Source: Candidatus Levyibacteriota bacterium (GTDB lineage: Bacteria; Patescibacteriota; Microgenomatia; Levybacterales; UBA12049). Taken from it: DNA of 63,136 bases. A program made the position numbers and the translations under genes. The notes below the pieces were generated by a model. It was not told the origin of the DNA. It made no database searches and worked only from the letters and a program-made list of their open reading frames with translations. The stretch is from the NCBI GenBank assembly GCA_038254115.1, contig JBBSGK010000005.1, positions 1 to 63,136 of the forward strand, given 5' to 3'. The stretch's first letter is position 1; the number at the start of each line of letters is the position of its first letter. Shown piece after piece: positions 42,590 to 51,440 of this stretch.

Positions 42590-43746
42590 AAGTTGCGATT
42601 GTTCATGATTATATTAAGGAATACGGAGGGGCGGAGAGGGTTCTTGAAACGCTTCTTGAAATTTATCCTGATGCTGCTGTTTTTGCATCGATTTATGCGC
42701 CGGAATTTCTGGGTCCGCACCGGGAGCGGTTTGAGAAATTCAAGATTAAGACAACATTTCTTAATGAAATTCCTTTCCGCCACAAACTTATCTCTCCCCT
42801 GAGACTTATTGCGCCAATGGCATTTAGGTCAATGGATTTATCAGGCTTTGACGTTGTCATCGTATCCCAAACAGGGGCGTATTTTCCGAATCTAGTAAGC
42901 GTTAAGAATGGCAAGGAAGCTCAGGTTTTGATTTGTTACACCCATACGCCGCCGAGATATTTGTATGGGTACGCAACTGCCCGGGATTGGAAAAAAAATA
43001 AGATTTTTGCTTTTTTTGCTGAAATCGCAAATCACTTCTTGAGGATGACTGATTTTAATTCATCAAAAAATGTTGATTTTTTTATCGCCAATTCTGAGGA
43101 AGTAAAATCACGGATTAAGAAGTTTTACCGCCGAGATTCGGTGGTGATTTACCCTCCGGTCGGGGTTGTAGGGGGTAGGGTGTCGGGGTTAGGAAAGTCA
43201 AAAACAAAGAACTACGACCTACAACCTAAAACCTATTACTTAACCGGGGGGCGTTTGGCGCGGGCAAAAGGGATTGATGTAATCGTTAAGGCATTCAACA
43301 AAAACGGTTTGCCGCTTAAAATATTTGGTAAAGGATTTGCGGGATATGAAGAAGAACTAAAACAAGAAGTAAGAAGTAAGAATCAGGAATCAATAATTGA
43401 GTTTCTGGGAGAGGTTACTGACGATAAAAAGTTTGAGTTAATGAGAAATGCAAAAGCATTTGTATTTGCATCATATGATGAAGATTTTGGGATAACACCT
43501 GTCGAGTCAATGAGTGTCGGGACACCGGTAATAGCATTTAGAAGCGGAGGAGTAAAAGAAACAATTGTTGAGGGAAAGACAGGATTATTTTTTGACGAAA
43601 ACTCACCGGAAGAATTGAATAAAGCAGTTGATAAGTTGAAGAAAATAAATATCGATCCAAAAGATTGCATAAAACAAGCAGAAAAATTTTCAAAAGAGCG
43701 ATTTGAAAGAGATATTAAAGATTTTGTAAATGATAAAATAAAATAA
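42586..43746 (+). CDS. Glycosyltransferase family 4 (GT-B)
   Basis: IVHDYIKEYGGAERV N-terminus and the E-x7-E region (EDFGITPVESMSVGTPVIA). The interdomain segment carries an unusual insertion (VGGRVSGLGKSKTKNYDLQPKT). Confidence 0.85.
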   Translation: MKVAIVHDYIKEYGGAERVLETLLEIYPDAAVFASIYAPEFLGPHRERFEKFKIKTTFLNEIPFRHKLISPLRLIAPMAFRSMDLSGFDVVIVSQTGAYFPNLVSVKNGKEAQVLICYTHTPPRYLYGYATARDWKKNKIFAFFAEIANHFLRMTDFNSSKNVDFFIANSEEVKSRIKKFYRRDSVVIYPPVGVVGGRVSGLGKSKTKNYDLQPKTYYLTGGRLARAKGIDVIVKAFNKNGLPLKIFGKGFAGYEEELKQEVRSKNQESIIEFLGEVTDDKKFELMRNAKAFVFASYDEDFGITPVESMSVGTPVIAFRSGGVKETIVEGKTGLFFDENSPEELNKAVDKLKKINIDPKDCIKQAEKFSKERFERDIKDFVNDKIK

Positions 43747-43747
43747 T

Positions 43748-44593
43748 ATGCCGGAACTTCCTGAAGTAGAAACATTAAAATTAGGTTTACATAAATATCT
43801 TGTAGGACATAAAATTTTAGATGTTGATGTTCAGTCAAGACGGATATTCCGGGATGATGAGAATCAGATTATCGGCGGCAAAATAGTAGACATCAGGCGG
43901 TTCGCCAAAGTTTTGTCTTTTGACTTGTCAAACGGAAAATCATTCATAGTACATATCAAGCTTACGGGGCAGCTTATTTACCGCGGACCAAATCTCAAGG
44001 AAGATATTGAACTGTCCAAGAAAGTAGCCGGACTTCCGGGAAAGTCCACCCATGTGATATTTAAGCTGGATCGGAATGGAACCCTTTTTTACAATGACTT
44101 CCGTAGATTTGGCTGGATAAAGATTGTAGACACCAAGGACGTTGAAACATCGGAGTTTATCGGGAAGCTTGGTCCTGAGCCACTGAAAGATCTTACTCTA
44201 GAAAACTTCAGAGAGATTATTTCCCGCTCCAAATCACCAATAAAAGTTATTTTGATGGATCAGGCTAGAATTGGAGGAGTCGGCAACATCTACGCAAATG
44301 ATTCTCTCTGGATGAGTAAGATCCATCCACAGCGTCCTGCGAACAGTTTGACTAAAACGGAACAAAAAGAATTATTTAAAAATCTCGTTGCCGTACTCAA
44401 AGAGGGGATAAAATATGGAGGGGCGAGTGAGCTTAATTTCGTGACAGCCGAAGGGACGGACGGCGGATATCAAAATCATTTCAGGTCTTATGGTCAGCAA
44501 AATAAGCTGTGCCAGCGTTGTAGAAAAGCGAAAATTGAAAAATATTTCCTAGCTGGCCGCGGAACCTACTTTTGTCCAAACTGCCAGATCTGA
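43748..44593 (+). CDS. mutM: Formamidopyrimidine-DNA glycosylase
   Basis: MPELPEVE N-terminus, H2TH and a C-terminal CxxC...CxxC zinc finger. Confidence 0.92.
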   Translation: MPELPEVETLKLGLHKYLVGHKILDVDVQSRRIFRDDENQIIGGKIVDIRRFAKVLSFDLSNGKSFIVHIKLTGQLIYRGPNLKEDIELSKKVAGLPGKSTHVIFKLDRNGTLFYNDFRRFGWIKIVDTKDVETSEFIGKLGPEPLKDLTLENFREIISRSKSPIKVILMDQARIGGVGNIYANDSLWMSKIHPQRPANSLTKTEQKELFKNLVAVLKEGIKYGGASELNFVTAEGTDGGYQNHFRSYGQQNKLCQRCRKAKIEKYFLAGRGTYFCPNCQI

Positions 44594-44651
44594 ACTGTTT
44601 GTGTTTTCTGCAGTTTTTTGTTAGTATCTATACTTAGAACTTAGAAAATTT

Positions 44652-45362
44652 ATGGGTAGTAAGAAAAACCGCAAGCGTATTATTATTTCAGTCGGGGGAT
44701 CCCTCATAGTCCCAAATGGAGGGATTGGAATTGACTTTCTCAAAAAACTAAATAGCTTTATAAGGGAGAAACTGGCAGAGGACGAAGACCGCCAGTTTTT
44801 TTTGGTTACAGGCGGTGGTGCAACAGCAAGACATTATATCGATGCAGGACAACAAGTCATAGAGCATCAGCTATCGAGAGATGATTTGGACTGGCTTGGA
44901 ATTCACAGCAGCAGGCTTAACGCGCATCTGGTCAGGACAATTTTCCGCGATATTGCACACCCTTATATAGTCAAAAACTTTGATATTATCCGTAAAGCCG
45001 ATGAGCCGGTTGTTGTCGCTGCAGGATGGAAGCCAGGCTGGTCAACGGATTATGACGCGATCTTACTTTGTGAGGATTATGGAGTAGATACGGTAATTAA
45101 TTTAAGTAACATAACGCAAGTTTACGATAAAGATCCCAATGAATTCAAAGATGCAAAGCCGTACAAAAAAATGAGCTGGGTGGAATTTAGAAAATTGGTC
45201 GGGGATGAATGGACGCCCGGGATGAACGCTCCTTTTGATCCGATTGCTGCCAAAAAGGCACAGGAATTGGGAATAAAAGTTGTAATAATGACAGGTCAGG
45301 ATTTTGACAATATTGAGAAGTATTTTAAAGGCGAAGATTTTGTAGGAACGGTAGTTGAATAA
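44652..45362 (+). CDS. pyrH: UMP kinase, archaeal-type (amino-acid-kinase fold)
   Basis: IIISVGGSLIV and LVTGGGATARHYI. The 236-aa length and motif pattern fit the archaeal PyrH type. Confidence 0.75.
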   Translation: MGSKKNRKRIIISVGGSLIVPNGGIGIDFLKKLNSFIREKLAEDEDRQFFLVTGGGATARHYIDAGQQVIEHQLSRDDLDWLGIHSSRLNAHLVRTIFRDIAHPYIVKNFDIIRKADEPVVVAAGWKPGWSTDYDAILLCEDYGVDTVINLSNITQVYDKDPNEFKDAKPYKKMSWVEFRKLVGDEWTPGMNAPFDPIAAKKAQELGIKVVIMTGQDFDNIEKYFKGEDFVGTVVE

Positions 45363-45469
45363 TTTTCAATTTATAATTTTTAATTTTCGTTGAATTTTAA
45401 ATTGCAAAATGTTTAAAAGATTGAAACATTGAGATTTGATTGAAAATTGTAAATTTCAAATTGAAAATT
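45361..45469. repeat. AT-rich intergenic element bounded by 12-bp inverted repeats (AATTTTCAATTT / AAATTGAAAATT)
   Basis: The arms are at 45361-45372 and 45458-45469. Internal TTGAAAATTGTAAATTTCAAATTGAAAATT is related to the heptamer repeat at 12915. Confidence 0.65.
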
Positions 45470-45475
45470 AAGTGA

Positions 45476-46561
45476 ATGATACTCAAGCACCTTACTCTCC
45501 AAAATTTTAGAAACTACACAAAGTCCGGGTTTAATTTTAATAGTAAGACTACAATTATCGTCGGTCCCAATGCAGTCGGGAAGTCCAATTTAATTGAAGC
45601 GATACATATAATCTCAACCGGCAAGAGTTTCCGGACAGACAAAGATAAGCAATTGATTCTATTTGGGCAAGGTGTAAGTAGAATTAAAGGTTTATTAGAG
45701 GACACCCCACTCCGCCAGGGCTCCGTGGGGCAAGCGGAAGAACTGGAGGTGGTTTTTGCCGAAAGTCCGACCGGATTTATCCAGAAAAAATATTTAGTGA
45801 ATGGTGTTTCCAAAAGACGGGCCGATTTTGCCGGCTGGGCACCGGTGGTTTTATTTACTCCAGAAGATCTGGATATAGTTGCCGGACAGCCGGGAAACCG
45901 ACGGAGATTCCTGGACAGTGTACTGATACAAATTGATGATGAATACCATCTTGCTCATACTGAATTTGTAAAAGCGCTCAGACAAAGAAACGCACTGTTG
46001 GAGCAAGCGCAAAAAAGCGGCATAAGACGGGATAGTCTTTTTCCATACTGGGACACACTGATTATAAAAAGCGGGCAAATAGTTACACAAAAGAGAGGAG
46101 AGCTAATTCAGTACATAAATAAAAGAAAAAAGGAAATATTTGATTTTGAGCTAGAATATGACAGCAGTACAATCTCAGAAGAAAGACTATTACAATATAA
46201 AACGGCTGAAGTTGGAGCAGGAGTTACGCTTGTCGGTCCACACAGGGATGATATTGTGATAAGGGCAAAAAACAAACTATCAAAAAATTCCGAAGAGGTG
46301 AGGTATTTTGGTTCCCGCGGCCAGCAAAGATTGGTTGCTCTGGAGTTTAAGCTCGGACAGATAGCGCTCATTAAAGAACGAAGTGAGAATCCACCTATTC
46401 TTCTACTTGATGACGTTTTTTCGGAACTGGACAGCAGCAATATCTCACACGTTATGAATCTTATGAATATTTATCAGACAATCGCGACAACGACACATAA
46501 AGAGTTTATAGGAAAACACGGTTTAAAAAATATGGAAATGATAGAATTAGGAAAGAAATAA
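45476..46561 (+). CDS. recF: DNA replication/repair protein RecF
   Basis: LTLQNFRNY, GPNAVGKSN Walker A and LLLDDVFSELD Walker B. It contains a GC-rich in-frame insertion (TPLRQGSVGQAEE). Confidence 0.9.
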   Translation: MILKHLTLQNFRNYTKSGFNFNSKTTIIVGPNAVGKSNLIEAIHIISTGKSFRTDKDKQLILFGQGVSRIKGLLEDTPLRQGSVGQAEELEVVFAESPTGFIQKKYLVNGVSKRRADFAGWAPVVLFTPEDLDIVAGQPGNRRRFLDSVLIQIDDEYHLAHTEFVKALRQRNALLEQAQKSGIRRDSLFPYWDTLIIKSGQIVTQKRGELIQYINKRKKEIFDFELEYDSSTISEERLLQYKTAEVGAGVTLVGPHRDDIVIRAKNKLSKNSEEVRYFGSRGQQRLVALEFKLGQIALIKERSENPPILLLDDVFSELDSSNISHVMNLMNIYQTIATTTHKEFIGKHGLKNMEMIELGKK

Positions 46562-46580
46562 ATTTCAGTTGAGTTTTACT

Positions 46581-47399
46581 ATGCAGGAATTTAATCCAGA
46601 AGAAATTAGAAAACTTTACATCCCGCCATCGGATTCCCATAAAGGGCAGAATGGTAAGCTCCTGATGATAGGCGGATCACATCTTTTTCATGCAGCGTCT
46701 TTGTGGGCACTGACTGTTGCAAGTCGGATCGTTGATATGGTTTTTTACTCATCAGTTCCTGAAAATAATGAGATTGTTCTGAGGGCAAAGGAAGAATTCA
46801 GAAGCGGGATAGTAGTTCCAAGAGGCAAAATTGAAGCGTATATGGAGGAGGCAGATTGTATATTAATCGGTCCGGGACTTCCCCGTCCCGAAGGATCGGA
46901 AGCCCGGGATGATGATACAAAAAAGCTTACTGAAAAACTATTAAGCAAATTCCCTGATAAGAAATGGGTAGTAGATGGCGGGAGTCTGCAGGTAATTGAT
47001 CCTGGGGTGTTGCCAAAAAATTCAATTATCACTCCTCATCAAAATGAATTTGAGACACTGTTTGGACTTGCCCCAACAGAAGATAACGCTTCTAAAATGG
47101 CGAAGAAATTCGGGATAATAATTCTCCTTAAAGGTGAAAAAGATATCATCTGTTCGCCTGAAAAGTGTTTGGAACTACCCGGTGGAAATGCAGGAATGAC
47201 CAAAGGAGGAACAGGCGATGTGCTGGCGGGACTAGTAGCTGCGCTTGCATGCAAAAATGACTTATTTCTCGCAGCGAGTGCGGGCTCATACATAAATAAA
47301 AAGGCAGGGGAGGATCTTTTTAAAAAAGTAGGATATAATTTTAACTCAACGGACTTGGCAAATCAGATTCCAAAAACAATGGCGTTACTTTCAAAATGA
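46581..47399 (+). CDS. nnrD: ADP/ATP-dependent NAD(P)H-hydrate dehydratase (YjeF C-terminal type)
   Basis: HKGQNGKLLMIGGS and GGTGDVLAG motifs. I chose the ATG at 46581 over the TTG at 46569. Confidence 0.85.
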   Translation: MQEFNPEEIRKLYIPPSDSHKGQNGKLLMIGGSHLFHAASLWALTVASRIVDMVFYSSVPENNEIVLRAKEEFRSGIVVPRGKIEAYMEEADCILIGPGLPRPEGSEARDDDTKKLTEKLLSKFPDKKWVVDGGSLQVIDPGVLPKNSIITPHQNEFETLFGLAPTEDNASKMAKKFGIIILLKGEKDIICSPEKCLELPGGNAGMTKGGTGDVLAGLVAALACKNDLFLAASAGSYINKKAGEDLFKKVGYNFNSTDLANQIPKTMALLSK

Positions 47400-48097
47400 A
47401 AAAAGATATCCCCACTGTCCAGATCAAGAAGAAAAAGAGTAAGATCCTTCTGGTGCTTGAGATTGTTGTTGTTTTTACAATCTATACTGCAATATTGATT
47501 TTTTTACGTAATCATATTCCTAACGCGCCGAGCATCGTCAGCAAAATTGAGATGCTATATGGAAGTTATGGGTATGAACTTATATTCTTAGGGGCGCTTC
47601 TTGAAGGCACTTTTATGGTCGGGTTTTATGTGCCGGGGTCTTTTATAGTTTTACTAGGAGCTGCCCTTGCAAGACGGGGAGTTGTCTCTTTTCCTTTGGT
47701 AATCCTATTTGGAACATTTGGGTTAACTGCAGGTTATCTGGTAAGCTATCTTCTTGGAAGATTTGGGTGGTTCCGCATAATTGAAGGATTCGGTCTGGAT
47801 AAAAATATTAAAGATGCTGAGAAAAAACTTCTTAAACATCAGGACAAAGCTTTATTTTTCTGCTATATGATGCCGAGTACCGCGTCATTTCTATCAACAG
47901 CTGCCGGAATTTTGAAAATAGATTTAAAAAAATTTATTTTAAAAAGTCTTGGGATGCAATTGTTCTGGAGCTTGCTTTGGGGAGGCCTTGCCTACACTTT
48001 TGGTATGAGATTTGTCGAAGCATTTATAGCTTACTTTGGTTTCATCGCATTAGCAGGTTTTCTTTTAGTCGTTGTTAAGAAATTGAGGTGGAAGTAG
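47396..48097 (+). CDS. DedA-family membrane protein
   Basis: 233 aa and polytopic, with a DedA-like core (GTFGLTAGYLVSYLLGRFG). Confidence 0.8.
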   Translation: MKKDIPTVQIKKKKSKILLVLEIVVVFTIYTAILIFLRNHIPNAPSIVSKIEMLYGSYGYELIFLGALLEGTFMVGFYVPGSFIVLLGAALARRGVVSFPLVILFGTFGLTAGYLVSYLLGRFGWFRIIEGFGLDKNIKDAEKKLLKHQDKALFFCYMMPSTASFLSTAAGILKIDLKKFILKSLGMQLFWSLLWGGLAYTFGMRFVEAFIAYFGFIALAGFLLVVVKKLRWK

Positions 48098-48121
48098 GCC
48101 GAATAATCAAGCTGCAAAAAT

Positions 48122-48508
48122 TTACAGGTCAGTGCCTAGGTATACTATTCTTCCCAGAGGTTTTCCACGCTTACCTTTCAATATCCTTCCTGCTTGACCG
48201 TCTGCTGCATCCGTGGAGGATTCACTAACAGAAAATACTATATTATTGCTCGATTTTCCTTTATAAACTACAGCCTTACCTCTAATTTTCGATGGCCGGT
48301 CTCTAATTGAGAATGGTGCACCTCTTTCGGCAGTGAAGGAAATGTAAGCATTATCTGGTAATCTTACGATAACTATTCCAGTAGTCCCATCTACCTCTTC
48401 TATGTTTGCGCCACGGCTTAATTTTAAACTCCTTAAAGGAAACGCTTCACCATCAGCTTCAAATCTTGTTGTCATATATATAATTAATTTAGGTTGAGAA
48501 TATAACAC
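48122..48508 (-). CDS. Hypothetical protein (orphan, Gly/Arg-rich)
   Basis: 128-aa ORF. The start may be Met12 (48475). No family recognised. Confidence 0.4.
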   Translation of the reverse strand: MLYSQPKLIIYMTTRFEADGEAFPLRSLKLSRGANIEEVDGTTGIVIVRLPDNAYISFTAERGAPFSIRDRPSKIRGKAVVYKGKSSNNIVFSVSESSTDAADGQAGRILKGKRGKPLGRIVYLGTDL

Positions 48509-48580
48509 TATTTGAATTGAATAGCAAGGTTTGAGCGTTGTATTGCCAAAATTCGGGAAATGTGCGAGAATTATATACTC

Positions 48581-49633
48581 ATGTACACCCCCAAATTCAC
48601 AATTACAAATACAATTTTAAAAAATATCGGTGTTATTGAAGCAGCCCGGGAAGTTATAGATCACGCTCCATTACTTCCTTTCTATGAAAAAGAATTCCAA
48701 AAGGACGCTCTCGCCAGATCTGTTCATCACGGGACACACATTGAGGGAAATGAGCTAAATCTTAATCAAGCCGAGAAAGTAATGATGGGTGAGGTGGTTG
48801 CTGCAAGAGCCCGGGATATACAAGAAGTTATTAATTACCGCCGGGTGATGGAGCGCATCGGCGAGTTCAAAGTGCAAAGTGAAAAGTTCAAAGTTGAAGA
48901 AGATTTTATAAAAGAGTTGCATAAATTGACCGTTGAGAAGATTTTGGATCATTCCCGGACAGGAGTTTATCGGAGTACCCAGGTTGTTGTAAAAAATAGT
49001 TTGACTGGAGAGGTTACCTTCCGTCCGCCGCTTCCTATCGCGGTGCCGATTCAAGTGAAAGAATTGTTGGAATTTATGAATACGGCGGAAGATATACATC
49101 CTGTTCTCAAATCGGGGGCAGTACATTACGAGCTTGTGAGGATCCACCCTTTTGTGGACGGGAATGGACGAGTAGGACGCGCGCTTTCAACACTAGTGCT
49201 TTTTCAGGAAGGATATGATATACGGAAATTTTTCTCACTAGAAGAATATTTTGACCACGACGCTGCACGCTATTATGATTCTCTCCAAAGCGTTGGTCGG
49301 ACGGATGGTGATTTATCAACTTGGCTTGAGTATTTTACAGAAGGGCTTGCGATTGAACTCGCCAAAATAAAAGATAAGATTGAGAGAATCTCAATTGATG
49401 CAGGACTAAAACAAAAGTTAGGAGGTGCACCGCTTCTTCTATCAGATAGACAGCTTAAAATAATAGAGTACATCCAGAAAACGGGATATCTGCAAAACCA
49501 GGCATTTAGAAATCTGTTTCCTATGGTGTCTGAAGATACAGTTCTTAATGAAATTAAAGTTCTTTTAACTGCCGGCATAATTAAAAAATCAGGAAAAACA
49601 AAAGGCGCGAAATATATAATGGCAACAAAATAA
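48581..49633 (+). CDS. Fic-family protein (AMPylase-type) with a C-terminal winged helix
   Basis: HPFVDGNGRVGRAL is the canonical Fic motif. An N-terminal HIEGN inhibitory-helix-like motif is present. I chose the ATG at 48581. Confidence 0.88.
   Translation: MYTPKFTITNTILKNIGVIEAAREVIDHAPLLPFYEKEFQKDALARSVHHGTHIEGNELNLNQAEKVMMGEVVAARARDIQEVINYRRVMERIGEFKVQSEKFKVEEDFIKELHKLTVEKILDHSRTGVYRSTQVVVKNSLTGEVTFRPPLPIAVPIQVKELLEFMNTAEDIHPVLKSGAVHYELVRIHPFVDGNGRVGRALSTLVLFQEGYDIRKFFSLEEYFDHDAARYYDSLQSVGRTDGDLSTWLEYFTEGLAIELAKIKDKIERISIDAGLKQKLGGAPLLLSDRQLKIIEYIQKTGYLQNQAFRNLFPMVSEDTVLNEIKVLLTAGIIKKSGKTKGAKYIMATK
48864..48891. repeat. 28-nt repeat AGTTCAAAGTGCAAAGTGAAAAGTTCAA inside fic
   Basis: 26/28 nt identical to 49927-49954 in the ligase gene, but read in a different frame. 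Confidence 0.85.
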
Positions 49634-49634
49634 T

Positions 49635-51419
49635 ATGAAATTTTCAGAGCTTGCTAAATATTTTGAAAAACTTGAGGAAACCTCATCCCGTTTGATTTTA
49701 ATCGATATTCTTTCGGATTTATTTAAGCACATTGACAAAGATGAAATTGATAAAATAATTTATTTGACTCAGGGACGTATTGCTCCCTTTTTTGCTCCTG
49801 TTGAAATCGGAATGGCAGACAAGACAATTGCTGACGCACTCGCGCGGGCCTTTGATCAAAAAAAGGAAAACGTTTTGCATTTATACAGTAAGATAGGGGA
49901 TATGGGATTAACTGCAGAGCAGTTAAGTTCAAAGTTTAAAGTGAAAAGTTCAACTCCGATTAAATCGGGGTCAAAATTGACTGTGGGTGACGTATTTAAA
50001 ATTTTGACTGAGATTGCCGGAACTTCCGGTGTTGGGACTGTTGAGAAGCGGATTGTACTTCTTTCGGATCTATTGAAAAAAGTAGATCCTATATCTGCAA
50101 AACATTTGGTCAGAGTACCACTTGGTAAAACCCGTCTTGGGATAGGAGATCCGACAATTCTTGATGCCCTCTCGCTTGCAATTCTTGGGGACAGATCCAA
50201 AAGAAAACTTTTAGAAAAAGCGTATAACGAAACATCAGATCTCGGACTGATCGGAAAAACACTTGCGTCACAAGGTTTGGCAAAAGTCCAAAAATTGACG
50301 TTAACAGTTGGTCGTCCAATCAGATCTGAGCTTTGTGAAAGACTTCCAAATCCTGAAAAAGTGTTCTCAAAGATGGGTGACAGAGTCCATGCAACGCCTA
50401 AGTACGATGGTTTCCGAGTTCAAATCCACAAAGATGGCAACAAAGTCTCGATGTTTTCCCGCAATCTTGAGGACATGACTCACATGTTTCCCGAATTAAT
50501 CGCGGGAACGATTCAGCAGGTCAAATCCAAAACTGCAATTCTTGATACCGAAGCTCTTGCATATCAACCGGAATCAGAAGAATTTCTGCCGTTTCAGGAA
50601 ACAACAAAAAGAAGACGCAAATATGGAATTGAGGAGATGCAAAAAACTCTGCCCCTCCGGGCATTTGTTTTTGATATTTTATACGCTGATGGTAAGTCTT
50701 TGATTGACACACCGCTACACGAAAGGATTAAGATATTGAAAAAAGTTGTAGAAAAAGGTGATACGTTGATAGAAGCTCCGGGCGAGATCCTAACAGATCC
50801 CAAAGATCTGCAGCTTATGCTTGATGACTCAATTTCAAAAGGACTAGAGGGAGTGGTAGTCAAAAAAGTTGATTCACTATATGTTGCAGGAGGACGAAAT
50901 TTTAATTGGGTAAAATTGAAGCGCCATTCATCAGGAGAATTGCATGACACAATTGATACGGTGATTCTGGGATATATTTTCGGCAAGGGAAAAAGGACTG
51001 CATTTGGCGCAGGAGCTCTTTTGGTCGGAGTATACGATAAAGCTACAGACGAATTTGTAACAGTCAGTAAAATCGGGACAGGACTGACAGATGATGAGTG
51101 GAGAAGCATAAAACTAAAAACTAAAAACTTAGAACGTAAAAATAAACCCGCTAGAACTAATTCATTAATTGTTCCCAGCGTATGGGTTGAGCCCTCAATC
51201 GTCATAGAAGTACTGGCAGATGAGATAACTAGGAGTCCACTGCACACAGCAGGTTTAAAGGTTACAAAAGAGACAGATGGGACAAAGGAGACAAAGGAAC
51301 CAGGTTACGCATTACGCTTCCCGCGGTTAGTCAATTTCCGGGATAAAGATAAAAAAGCAGAAGACGCAACGACAGTTGACGAGCTGATGGAAATGTTCAA
51401 ACAACAGGGGAAGAAGTAA
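49635..51419 (+). CDS. lig: ATP-dependent DNA ligase (archaeal/eukaryotic Lig1-like, with an N-terminal DNA-binding domain)
   Basis: 594 aa. Motif I is KYDGFRVQIH, with EGVVVK, a WVKLK-like motif and motif VI LRFPRLVNFRDDK-like. Confidence 0.9.
   Translation: MKFSELAKYFEKLEETSSRLILIDILSDLFKHIDKDEIDKIIYLTQGRIAPFFAPVEIGMADKTIADALARAFDQKKENVLHLYSKIGDMGLTAEQLSSKFKVKSSTPIKSGSKLTVGDVFKILTEIAGTSGVGTVEKRIVLLSDLLKKVDPISAKHLVRVPLGKTRLGIGDPTILDALSLAILGDRSKRKLLEKAYNETSDLGLIGKTLASQGLAKVQKLTLTVGRPIRSELCERLPNPEKVFSKMGDRVHATPKYDGFRVQIHKDGNKVSMFSRNLEDMTHMFPELIAGTIQQVKSKTAILDTEALAYQPESEEFLPFQETTKRRRKYGIEEMQKTLPLRAFVFDILYADGKSLIDTPLHERIKILKKVVEKGDTLIEAPGEILTDPKDLQLMLDDSISKGLEGVVVKKVDSLYVAGGRNFNWVKLKRHSSGELHDTIDTVILGYIFGKGKRTAFGAGALLVGVYDKATDEFVTVSKIGTGLTDDEWRSIKLKTKNLERKNKPARTNSLIVPSVWVEPSIVIEVLADEITRSPLHTAGLKVTKETDGTKETKEPGYALRFPRLVNFRDKDKKAEDATTVDELMEMFKQQGKK
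49927..49954. repeat. 28-nt repeat AGTTCAAAGTTTAAAGTGAAAAGTTCAA inside the ligase gene
   Basis: Partner of 48864-48891. Confidence 0.85.
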
Positions 51420-51440
51420 ATTTTGTGCTAAAATAATTTC

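Noticed and set aside
45361-45475. AT-rich spacer upstream of recF considered as a replication origin
   Set aside because: There are no TTATCCACA-like DnaA boxes, and dnaA and dnaN are not adjacent. I treat it as a repeat element or promoter region.
50594-51247. A 217-aa minus-strand ORF inside the DNA ligase gene, and a similar 151-aa ORF at 43383-43838
   Set aside because: They are antisense shadows of strongly supported genes, with Ser/Leu-rich artefact composition.
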